This document shows positions 21,079-31,100 of a DNA stretch of 64,000 nucleotides, in pieces (position 1 is the first letter of the stretch; each line of letters begins with the position of its first letter). Source of the stretch: Thermodesulfobacteriota bacterium. Its GTDB lineage: Bacteria > Desulfobacterota_D > UBA1144 > Nemesobacterales > UBA2774. The position numbers were made by a program, and so were the translations under genes. The notes under the pieces were generated by a model that was not told the origin of the DNA, made no database searches, and saw only the letters and a program-made list of their open reading frames with translations. The stretch lies in NCBI GenBank assembly GCA_963422265.1, contig OY729416.1, positions 480,001-544,000 on the forward strand, read 5' to 3'.

Positions 21079-22805
21079 AAAAACCTAAATCTCTCAAAAT
21101 CACCCCTATCAAGGGGCGGCCGATGCTGCATTGGGTTGGTAAAAAGCCGCTGGACGTGGTGCGGCATTTCCCGGCGCAGGTGTGCGAGACGGTTGGGGTA
21201 ACAAGCCCGCCTGCTGAACCTTCTTACCGGGAATTTAAGAAAAATAGTTACAATCTGCTGTTTCACGGTGACAACAAGGAAATTTTATCGTCACTAATTG
21301 TGGCCGGGTTCCGTGGCAAGGTGGCTTTGATTTATATTGACCCGCCGTTTGACTCAGGGGCGGATTATGTACGCCGGGTGAAACTGCGCGGGCAATCTGA
21401 AAAGCTGGAGGGTGAAGGGCATACTTCCATTGAGCAAGCACAATACACTGATATCTGGGCGAACGATAATTATCTGCAGTTCATGTATGAGCGGCTGATA
21501 CTGATGCGAGAGTTATTGAGTGATAAAGGTAGTATCTATCTGCATTGCGATTGGCATAAGAACCATCACCTGCGATTCTTATTGGATGAAGTGTTTGGGG
21601 AGGAGAATTTCGTGAATGAGGTTGTTTGGTATTACAAAGATGCTTCAGGAATTATGAAAAAAGGATTTAGAAAGAAGCACGATACCGTCCTTATTTATGC
21701 CAAAAGTGAAAAATTCTATTTTAACTCTGATGTTGTAAGGCAGGATTATGGAGCATCAACAAAAAAAGCGGCTGAATCGGGAACTGTTTCTTTTGGCAGA
21801 CCCACAAAAATAAATTCATTAGGTAAATACCCAGATGATGTTTTAGAAATTTCCATCATTAACAGCCAAGCAAAAGAGCGGCTTAATTTTCCCACCCAAA
21901 AACCCGAGGACCTGTTGGAGCGCATCATAAAAGCTTCTAGTGATGACGGTTCCATTGTTTTAGATTGCTTTTGTGGTAGCGGCACCGCGGCTGCCGTAGC
22001 CGAGAAGCTGGGCCGCCGCTGGATCATGGCGGACCTGAACAAAGGGGCAATCAAAACCACTATGAAGCGATTGCAAGGCATTATTAACAGAAAGAACGGA
22101 GACCTTGCAGAGAAAAATGGACGTGGATTTATTCATTATCGGGTGAATAACTACGATTTTGCCAAACAGATCGAGCTCAAGAAAATAATCATCTCCAAAT
22201 ATGGAGTTCAAAAGGACAATGGGGATTTATTCTTTGATGGCTTGTATCAGGGGCAGTTGGCGAAGATTATTGACCTGAATAGACCTTTGACGCGGCTGGA
22301 CATTCAGATCATCAAGGATGAAATTCAAAACAACCGCCCGGAGGAAACACGCGACATCACTGTATTCTGCAATGGTTCAGAGTTAGAAATAATCAATGAA
22401 CTTGCCCAAGATAAAAACCCCATCAACAAAATCAAAGTTTGCGACATCCAGCAAGATGGCATGGTAACGAATCAGCCCGCAGAAGCGGACGTGTGCATCA
22501 CTAAACAAGGCGTGAAGGCAGAGGTAATGATCAATGACTATATCAGCCCTTCCATACTGGCACGTATGGATATAGACCGCACTATATTTGATGAGCAGAT
22601 TGACGATTTCCGAGCACAGATTGATTGCGTGCTGATTGACAACGACTATGACGGTGAGCGTTTCAACATTGTGGAGAGCGATTTACCACAAAGGAAAACG
22701 GATTATATCAGGGGCGAGTACCTGCTTACCCTCCCACACCCTGATGCCAAAGTGGCAGTAAAAATTGTGGATATGCTGGGCGAGGAAGTCGTTGTGGTGA
22801 GATAG
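21075..22805 (+). CDS. mod: Type III-like DNA methyltransferase (beta class)
   Basis: Catalytic IYIDPPF precedes SAM-binding FCGSGT; FPTQKPE; C-terminal VAVKIVDMLGEE. Confidence 0.9.
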   Translation: MKKPKSLKITPIKGRPMLHWVGKKPLDVVRHFPAQVCETVGVTSPPAEPSYREFKKNSYNLLFHGDNKEILSSLIVAGFRGKVALIYIDPPFDSGADYVRRVKLRGQSEKLEGEGHTSIEQAQYTDIWANDNYLQFMYERLILMRELLSDKGSIYLHCDWHKNHHLRFLLDEVFGEENFVNEVVWYYKDASGIMKKGFRKKHDTVLIYAKSEKFYFNSDVVRQDYGASTKKAAESGTVSFGRPTKINSLGKYPDDVLEISIINSQAKERLNFPTQKPEDLLERIIKASSDDGSIVLDCFCGSGTAAAVAEKLGRRWIMADLNKGAIKTTMKRLQGIINRKNGDLAEKNGRGFIHYRVNNYDFAKQIELKKIIISKYGVQKDNGDLFFDGLYQGQLAKIIDLNRPLTRLDIQIIKDEIQNNRPEETRDITVFCNGSELEIINELAQDKNPINKIKVCDIQQDGMVTNQPAEADVCITKQGVKAEVMINDYISPSILARMDIDRTIFDEQIDDFRAQIDCVLIDNDYDGERFNIVESDLPQRKTDYIRGEYLLTLPHPDAKVAVKIVDMLGEEVVVVR

Positions 22806-22907
22806 CCGCAGGAATATAATAATATAACGCTCTAAAAGAGCGAAAAAGATAGCCGTGTATCACATACGAGTGTATCAGACAAACAACTTCATCAGCTTGA
22901 GGCAGCA

Positions 22908-24290
22908 ATGATCTGTAATAGGCAATTTGAAATAAACAATCTTGGGGTCATAAGGAACGGGTCTTTTGAAGTGAAACCGCTTACCCTTTTTTGCGGCCCG
23001 AATAATAGTGGTAAGACCTGGGCAATGTATTCGCTATATCATTTTTATTCTTTTTTAAGACATGGCTTATCGCTGGCGCCTGTACTGGAAGAAAGTATCA
23101 ATATGTTACAACAAGGGTCTCGCCAATTTAATTTTATTGATTGGCTACAGCGTAACCACGAAGAGATCATTGATATTTGCAAGCTCCGAGTTTCAGAATC
23201 CCTACCCGATTTGTTTAACAGCCCATCTACAACGTTTCAGAACGCATCTTTCGGTTTGGTGATGAATACTGATGATTGGAGGCATGCTCTACAAACTTCA
23301 CAGGAGAAAACATATACGGATAAAAGCAAGAAGGAGACGATACGTTTTTCAAAGCCCGAAGGTGGAGAAATCATTGATATTTCTCATCAAGGAGCAAACG
23401 AGGATTTTCTGAAACGTAGTCTAGCGGCTTTTTTGAAAGACTTTATTGCGAATTGGTTGGTTCCTGGTATTGAAAATGCCGATATTTTCCTGATGCCTGC
23501 CGAGCGCAATGGTCTCCATTTATTTTTCCGTGAGCTCAGCAGTCGCCGCACGGCATTACTGCATCATGCCTCCAAAGAAAATATTGATATTAGCGAATTA
23601 CTGCGTGACGTCATACGTTCCCGCTATGCGATTCCAATCGCTAAATATATTGACTGGCTGAATAGTCTCGCGGAAATAAAAAAAATGGGTAGGGGTAAGT
23701 TTCACAGCTACGCGGAGAAATTGAAAAAATTGGCTGGCGGTGCGTATAGAGTTGATGCGAGGACCAGCGACATTACCTTCAAACCCTACCAGAAAAAACG
23801 TGATAGGAAACCAACGAAATTGTTGGGGTTGCATACTACGTCCAGCACAGTAAAGAGCCTGTTCGGGCTGTGGTTTTACCTGGAGTATCAGGCAAAATCT
23901 GGAGATACGTTGATGATTGATGAGCCAGAACTCAATATTCACCCTGAAAATCAGCGCAAGTTGGCGAGGTTTTTCGCCACGCTAGTCAACGCCGGCTTAA
24001 ACATAGTGATCAGCACGCATAGCGATTATATGGTGCGTGAGTTCAATTCACTTATTATGCTAAGTCGAGATAGGGACAGTAAGCTAAGGAAGAAACATGG
24101 TTATGCCAAAGAGGAAGTGTTAGAGCCGAAACAAGTCGGAGCATATTTATTTGATAAGCAAAAAATAGAGGCATTTGAGATTACACCGGAAGATGGTATC
24201 TACGCCACTACGTTTGATGACGTGATTCGTGACCTGAATAGGGTCAACGACGATATCTACTACAGCTTGAAGGAAGCGCAAGATGAGTAG
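22908..24290 (+). CDS. ABC-type ATPase (AAA_15/AAA_21-like), defence-associated
   Basis: GPNNSGKT, PAER, LMIDEPELNIHP, ISTHS. Confidence 0.85.
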   Translation: MICNRQFEINNLGVIRNGSFEVKPLTLFCGPNNSGKTWAMYSLYHFYSFLRHGLSLAPVLEESINMLQQGSRQFNFIDWLQRNHEEIIDICKLRVSESLPDLFNSPSTTFQNASFGLVMNTDDWRHALQTSQEKTYTDKSKKETIRFSKPEGGEIIDISHQGANEDFLKRSLAAFLKDFIANWLVPGIENADIFLMPAERNGLHLFFRELSSRRTALLHHASKENIDISELLRDVIRSRYAIPIAKYIDWLNSLAEIKKMGRGKFHSYAEKLKKLAGGAYRVDARTSDITFKPYQKKRDRKPTKLLGLHTTSSTVKSLFGLWFYLEYQAKSGDTLMIDEPELNIHPENQRKLARFFATLVNAGLNIVISTHSDYMVREFNSLIMLSRDRDSKLRKKHGYAKEEVLEPKQVGAYLFDKQKIEAFEITPEDGIYATTFDDVIRDLNRVNDDIYYSLKEAQDE

Positions 24291-24852
24291 AAAACTCATT
24301 GAGTTATTTCAACGGTCTATTAACTCTGATTCTTGTTTGCAAAGAGAAGGTAGAAGCTGGCTGCTTCAGGATAATAATTGCAAAATAAGTTTGAGAGTTT
24401 CTAATCGGAACTCGCTCGGCTTTAGTTTGGATCATAAAAGTCAGCCTTCTCCTTTCCCTTTTTTCTCATCTAAGCCGCCATCGGGAATCGCTACAATGTG
24501 TGATGCAATCGTCGCGTTATCGTATAAAAATAAAGCTTATATATTTGTCATTGAGCAGAAAACAAACAATCAGGATAGTTATAAGAAACAATTAGCCAAT
24601 GGCAAATATTTTTGTGATTGGTTACTAATGCTGCTAAAAGAACATAAGCATTATAGCGACACACCCATTTTCATCGGTCTGCTATGCTGGAGGCCTCGTG
24701 AGAAATCGCCTGATAAGGGTACAACAACACATGGGATTAGTAAAGATAAAAAACAACATTCATTGTTTAATATGCTTTACGAAACCTCGAACCAAGAAGA
24801 AATCTACTTACAAGAACTGGCAGACGATGCCAATGGCCAATCTTTAGTATGA
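24283..24852 (+). CDS. Putative PD-(D/E)XK nuclease partner of the ATPase
   Basis: MCDAIV...IFVIEQK...KQL pattern; 8-nt overlap with the ATPase stop. Confidence 0.6.
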   Translation: MSRKLIELFQRSINSDSCLQREGRSWLLQDNNCKISLRVSNRNSLGFSLDHKSQPSPFPFFSSKPPSGIATMCDAIVALSYKNKAYIFVIEQKTNNQDSYKKQLANGKYFCDWLLMLLKEHKHYSDTPIFIGLLCWRPREKSPDKGTTTHGISKDKKQHSLFNMLYETSNQEEIYLQELADDANGQSLV

Positions 24853-24977
24853 TAAATAAATATCAGCAAGTAGCGCTCACTTGCTTTGAAAAGGATCATA
24901 TTTATTTTTATTGCCATCGAGATGCCTTGTCCGAAACTATTAGCGCTCGCTGTGGTGTGAATGTGGAGCATTTGTAA
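24849..24977 (+). pseudogene. C-terminal remnant of a DUF488-family gene (absent from ORF track)
   Basis: Translates MINKYQQVALTCFEKDHIYFYCHRDALSETISARCGVNVEHL*, matching the DUF488 C-terminal ALxCxE..CHR...HL pattern. Confidence 0.7.
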
Positions 24978-24979
24978 TT

Positions 24980-25246
24980 ATGTGGGAACATAAGAAAATA
25001 CTGATAACGATGAAGACCTACCCCAATTTGTCTGCCAAATACGATGAATTAGTTTGTGCCTCCGGCATTTTAGAAGATGGTTCATGGATACGTCTTTATC
25101 CGATCCCTTTTCGGCAGATGGATTATGACAGGCAATACAGAAAATACGACTGGATAGAAATCGAGACTCAGCGGCGCGGGCAAGACATGTGGCCAGAGAG
25201 TTTTACGCCAATTCCTGATTTTCTATTATTGTCAAAAAGGCAATAG
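24980..25246 (+). pseudogene. Probably truncated N-terminal part of a conserved 'KTYP...VC.G...WIRLYP' protein
   Basis: 88 aa with KTYPNLSAKYDELVCASG and WIRLYPIPFR; family members I recall are considerably longer. Confidence 0.55.
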
Positions 25247-25329
25247 AGTTTTATAATACTTAAAGCTAAATTAGAAAGAATAAACAATACAGATAGAACA
25301 GTAAAAGCGAATGAAATGCAGGGAGCAAT

Positions 25330-25820
25330 ATGTTAACAGATCAAGAAATTCAAGACCTTATAACATCTCACAAAAAGATAAAAGAAAAAGTTCCTGCTGA
25401 AGGATACAAAGAAAATAATGAACACAGGCGTTGCACTTTGGCATTGGAGTCTATCCCCGAAATTAGTAATGTGTTTTCGGTCTTCATTCGTCAAAACAAG
25501 ACATTTATAGAAAACTTTTCTATTGGCTTGCGTTACAAAACAGAAGATAAAGTATTAGGTTCCGTGACGCTTATTCGTTACAATGGTTCTCACGGGGAGA
25601 AGAGCCGAAGGGTCACTACGACAAACCACATATACATCGTATAACTGCCAAGGAATTGAGATCAGGCAGTGTTAAGCCACAGGAAAGTCAGAGAGAAATT
25701 ACCGATACTTATAGGACGTTTGAAGAAGCTCTTAGAGTTTTCTTTGACGATGTTGGCGTAAGAGACTATTTAAAATACTTCCCTGACTTAAATCAAAGGA
25801 AACTTTTCAATGGACATTAA
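25330..25820 (+). pseudogene. Frameshifted His-motif gene (DUF6978-like) upstream of the DUF1828-like gene
   Basis: First frame reads ...LIRYNGSHGE; from 25611 another frame reads GHYDKPHIHRITAKEL...YRTFEEALRVFF...NGH*, stopping at 25818-25820 and overlapping the next start. Confidence 0.7.
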
Positions 25821-26580
25821 TAGAATTATATCCCTGTTACAAGACAGGACAAGAACTGGTTTTGATATTTATGAACGCAGATCGGGCAAGTATCAACTTA
25901 TAAACCCTGTACTCCATGAGGACGGTGATATGGTGGATATATATCTGCAAGATAGTCCTAAAAGTGAAAACCATATACGCATCTGTGATTTTGGCATGGC
26001 GTTAATGCGCCTTTCTTACACTTATGAAATTAATACCGATTCCCGCCATAGAATTTTTGACAGCATTCTTATAAACAATGGCGTTCAAAATGACGCGGGA
26101 AATCTTTACTTGGATACGACACTCAATATGCTTTATGAGAGCATCCTTCAGTTCGCAGGCTGCGTGCAAAAAGTGTGCAACATGCGCTATTGGAGCAGAG
26201 AAATCGTCATAAGCGCATTTTATGATGACCTAAAAGAATATACAACTACTGAGCTAAGAAACTTTAACCCAATGCCTAATGAATCCCCTTTGCCTAATTA
26301 TGATATTATAAGCGTGGACTGGTTACTAACTCATAATAACCGCAGCCTTTATTTATTCGGAGTAAACACTAACGACAAAGCCAAAAGCACTGCCATTTCT
26401 TTGCTGGAATTCCAGAAGCAAAAATTGAATTTTATAAGTCTCGTCGTGCATGAAAATATGGAGGAACTTGGTAGAAAAGAGAGAATGTACCTTACCAAGA
26501 ATGCCGATACGCAATATCCGACCTTGGGAGATTTCCGAGACAAAGCGCCCTCGGATATTCCGAGACTCGCGGCGGCGTAA
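25810..26580 (+). CDS. DUF1828/DUF1829-like protein
   Basis: INPVLHEDGDMVDIYL...IRICDFGMAL N-terminal pattern; C-terminal alpha/beta domain. Confidence 0.65.
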   Translation: MDINRIISLLQDRTRTGFDIYERRSGKYQLINPVLHEDGDMVDIYLQDSPKSENHIRICDFGMALMRLSYTYEINTDSRHRIFDSILINNGVQNDAGNLYLDTTLNMLYESILQFAGCVQKVCNMRYWSREIVISAFYDDLKEYTTTELRNFNPMPNESPLPNYDIISVDWLLTHNNRSLYLFGVNTNDKAKSTAISLLEFQKQKLNFISLVVHENMEELGRKERMYLTKNADTQYPTLGDFRDKAPSDIPRLAAA

Positions 26581-26916
26581 TTACAAAAAACTACAGTTAA
26601 CTATACGCTGCAGCGCGGTTCCCTCTTGTTAAAGCTGTTACTTAAGTATTTGAATATGTTAAGCATGTTAATTTATTAGTTTGAAATTGTAATGTAACCC
26701 TCTAAAATCACTATATATATTCCAGTATTTGTTTATAGAGAAACCTTTACAAGATAAATCCCTAGAACCCGCAACCGTGGATATCACCTACTCTTCACAA
26801 GAATTAGGAAAGAGAACACTATAATAGTGGACTATGCAAATGAAGTAGTTTAGAGTAACATCATAATTTTAGACGTATTCTATTACACTGTAAGGGTTAT
26901 TGTAAGGAAATACATA

Positions 26917-28188
26917 TTGCCATCTTCCTTCAGATTCATTCACACCGCAGATATCCATCTAGACAGCCCGCTTAAGGGACTCGCCGGCCAGGACAAATAT
27001 ATAGCCGAACGTATTCGCACTGCCACACGCGATGCTTTTAACCAGCTTGTTGAACTCTCTATTGGAGAGCGAGCCGACTTTTTTATCATTGCTGGCGATC
27101 TTTACGATGGCGACTGGCGCGATTACAACACCGGACTGTTCTTCGTTCGTCAGATGGGGCGTCTCAAGAGTGCTGGCGTACCCGTGTATCTTCTATACGG
27201 CAATCACGATGCTGAAAGCCAGATTACTCGTCACCTCAACTTACCAGAAAATGTGAATACTTTTGGGAGCAGAAATCCAGTCACTTTCAAAATTAATAAT
27301 TTGGACGTCGCCTTGCATGGGCAGAGCTTCCGTCAACGCGATATCGCCGACAATCTAGTACTTAGTTATCCCGATCCAGTTGATAGCATATTTAACATTG
27401 GCGTTCTTCATACTGGACTTGGCGGTATAGGTGGTCATGAAAATTACGCGCCATGCGCTCTCGATGATCTTATAAACAAGGGATACGATTATTGGGCGCT
27501 TGGCCATGTACACAAGTCCAGGGTACTCAATGAGTATCCGCATATCGCCTTTCCCGGTAACTTGCAAGGGCGCAATGCGAACGAGACCGGCGATAGGGGT
27601 GCCTATATAGTCACGGTGGAAGATGGTGAGATTGTTGATTTCTCAGCCTTACACAGTGACGTTGTGCGATGGGCTCTTGTTCCCGTTGAGATGGATGGCG
27701 TTGCAAGCATTGACCAAGTTATTGATCATATTCGGGATGCGATTGAGGACGCCGTTAAAAATCTGGCAGACAGTCGCTTGTTGGTGTGCCGCTTGCGATT
27801 ACAGGGTAGCACGGAAATTCACGAGAAGATTTTAACTTCCCTGCATAGTCTCACCGCCGAAGCGCGCTCAAGCGCGCTTGGTCTAGGGAGCGACGTAGCA
27901 TGGGTCGAAAGAGTTGTTGTTGAGACGAAAACGGTTACAGATTCAAGAGCTTCGGTGGAACGTGAAGATACTGTTGGTGAATTGATGCAAATGTTGCAAG
28001 AAGCGAGTGCCGACACGGATTTCATAGAAGAGCTTAAAGCTGATATCGGCGAGATGATCGGACGTTTGCCTCCCGATCTGCGCAGTGAAGTTGAGGATGC
28101 AGTGCTCAAGGCGGCGATTGGTGGAGACTACGCTAAGCTCATTGCCGAAGCCAAGCCTTACCTGTTAGCGCGCCTGATAGAGGGATAG
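26917..28188 (+). CDS. Mre11/SbcD-like metallophosphoesterase nuclease (YhaO-type)
   Basis: ADIHLDSP, AGDLYD, GNHD, YWALGHVH, PGNLQGR. Confidence 0.92.
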   Translation: MPSSFRFIHTADIHLDSPLKGLAGQDKYIAERIRTATRDAFNQLVELSIGERADFFIIAGDLYDGDWRDYNTGLFFVRQMGRLKSAGVPVYLLYGNHDAESQITRHLNLPENVNTFGSRNPVTFKINNLDVALHGQSFRQRDIADNLVLSYPDPVDSIFNIGVLHTGLGGIGGHENYAPCALDDLINKGYDYWALGHVHKSRVLNEYPHIAFPGNLQGRNANETGDRGAYIVTVEDGEIVDFSALHSDVVRWALVPVEMDGVASIDQVIDHIRDAIEDAVKNLADSRLLVCRLRLQGSTEIHEKILTSLHSLTAEARSSALGLGSDVAWVERVVVETKTVTDSRASVEREDTVGELMQMLQEASADTDFIEELKADIGEMIGRLPPDLRSEVEDAVLKAAIGGDYAKLIAEAKPYLLARLIEG

Positions 28189-28196
28189 ATATAGAC

Positions 28197-31100
28197 ATGC
28201 GACTAAGACGTCTTGACCTTCTTCGCTACGGATGCTTTACGGATAAATCGTTTGAACTGCCTGTTAACCAATTTGATTTTCACATAATTTTCGGTTCCAA
28301 CGAAGCTGGCAAATCTACCGCGCTTGCGGCGATTGAAGACCTGATTTTTGATATGCCAAGGCACTCGCCCTATAACTTTTTACATGACTATACGAGTATG
28401 AGAGTCGGAGCCATTCTTGAATCTGAAGGTTCGTCACTGGAATTCGTCCGAAGGAAAGGGAGTAAGCATACCCTACTCGATATGAATAACTTGCCGATAA
28501 AAGGTGGTGAGGGACGTCTAAAACCTTTCCTTGCTGGGGTAGATAGATCATTTTTTGAGCGTATGTTTAGTCTCAACCACGTTCGGCTCGAGGCGGGAGG
28601 GCGAGAGATATTGGAGGCAAAGGATGAGATTGGACAGATGTTATTTTCAGCCGGAGCTGGCATTGTAGGTCTGAAGGGTCGGCTTAATAATATGCATAAC
28701 GAGGCTGATGGCTTGTGGGCACCGAGAAAAGCGGGACACAGAAAATACTATCAGGCTAGGGACAAGTTAGATGAAGCAAAGCGAGAATTGCGCGAAAAGA
28801 CATTGCCGGCAAACAAGTGGCAAAAACTAAGGCTAGATTATGAGAAGGCTGAAGAAAACTACTCTAACGCTAAAGAGAAATGTGAACAAGCGGAAGCAGG
28901 AAGAACGAAGCTCAATCGGATTCGCAGGGTATATAGATACGTCAGCCGCAAAGCACGATTAGAAGAAGAGATAAAAACTCTTAAAGATGTTGCCTCTCTA
29001 CCCGAGGATGCTAGGCAGAAACTTGACGCAGCCAACCGCCAAAAATCTGAATCCTCGGCACAGATCGAAGTACTCTCCAAACAACTGGAGGAAGCGCGTC
29101 GAAAATTGGAAAATCTGACATATGACAAAGCATTGGTAATACAAGCGGATGATGTAAAACAGCTTTCCGAACGGCGTATTGAGATTCGCAAGGAGAAGAC
29201 TGACCTACCCAAACGGCAGGCAGAACTGAACGCGGCTGAAATAGAAATGTGGCGTCTCGCAAAGGAGCTTGACTGGCACGAGAAGAATGGAGTCGATAAG
29301 CTGATTGAGCGCATTCCCAAACAAGTCAAGATAAAAGAGCTGCGATCTCTGCTTGTCCGTCGTAGAGAAATCTATTCAGGTATTGAAAGGCACTCCGAAG
29401 ATCTGAAAGAATCTCAAACCGATTTAGACAAAATACGTAAAAGCCTTGATGGAATGGGCGAGGAGAAAGACGTCTCCGGATTATCCGCCGTAATTAGGGC
29501 AGTGCGAGAGATGGGTGATATAACAACCCGCCTGCGTAACGCTGAACAAAAACATCTGGAGGTGCAAGGTTATGTTAATGGGTTGTTTGCCTCGCTACAT
29601 CCGGAGCTTCCAAGTGAAAAGGACGTTATAGATATAAAGGTGCCGCCGCGTCCAAGTGTCCAGAGTCTCCGCGACGAGATTAAGAATGGGGAGAGGCTAT
29701 TCCAAGAGAATTTTAAGCAGATTGAATCCATCAAACAAAAACTTAATAGTAATCGTAGCGCTTATGAGCACGCCGCGCGAGAAGGGAATACCGTTACTGC
29801 AGAAGAGCTTAAAAATGCAAGAAGCCACCGAGATACTCTCTGGAAGCTGGTGAGAAGCAAGCATATAGAAGAGGTAACGATCTCTGATAAACATCTATGT
29901 GATTATGATAAGGAACTAGACGATCTTCCCGCATCCTTAGAAATAGCGATGCGAAAGGCTGACGAGGTTGCGGATAGTAAGTTCGAGAATGCGGAGGTAT
30001 CTGGACGGCTAGCGGAAATGTCTCGTAACATCAACGAGCAAGAAGAAAAACTAGATCAATTACGTGAATTGGAAGAGAGTTTCAGAAAAGAAGGCCAATA
30101 CCTGAAAAATAGTTGGATATCTCTATGGAATAATGCTCCGTTCGAACCCCTTGATCCAGACGCCATGCTAGAGTGGATGGAAGCACATAATAAGCTGCTA
30201 GAGGCTATTGGTCGACGAGACGAAACAAGAGCGGCACTGATGTTCGTGTGTAGAGAAGAATATGAGGCTAAAGAGAATATTATGAATGAATTGAAAGCGT
30301 TTGGCATTGATAAATCTACTTTAGAGAAGAAAAGCCTACAGATGATCCTATCACGCGCCTCTGACTTGGAAGATAAATGCAAGAAAGAAGCACAGGAAAG
30401 GATTCAATTAAAAGAGAGCCTGCAGAATGCTTTAGACAGAGTTGAAAAACGCCAAAGGAGACTTCGTCAAGTTAAAAAAGATCAGGAAGAGTGGAAGGAG
30501 CTTATATACACGGCTTTAAGCGGTGTTGGGCTTGCGAGCGATTTGAGCTTGGAAGCAGTAGATGCACAGATCGATCTTATAGACCAGATGAAAGTTAAGG
30601 AAAGAGAAATAAATAATCTGCGTTATGATCGCATTGAAAAGATAAAGCGGGATATCGCCAATTATGAGTCAATGGTCAAGGAAGTTGTTAAGAAGGTAGC
30701 TGAGGACATTTCAGGCACAGGGGCTGACGATGCCGTTCTGCAAATCGAAAGCCGTTTGCAAGAAGCGCAGCGCCTGCGTACCCTCCAGGAAGAGACTAGA
30801 GAAGAGATTGATAAACTTACCAGAAAAGTATCTGAAGCGGAGAGAAAATATCAGGAGGTAGAGGCATCTGTCAAAAATCTCCGTGAAGTCGCTGACGTTA
30901 AAACAAATGAAGAGTTAAGAGAAGCTATAGAGAAATCTGACAGGCTTCGCCGTCTGAATAGCGAGTTAAAAGAGACACTTCAAATGCTAGAGAATGAAGG
31001 CGATTGTTTTACGGTTGAAGATTTAGAACGGGAATGCGCTGACGTCGATGACATAGATCAGGTTACCGCAAAAGAAACGGCAATAACCAAAGAATTAGCT

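Noticed and set aside
21075-22805. Phase-variable mod gene
   Set aside because: No simple-sequence repeat tract longer than short A runs
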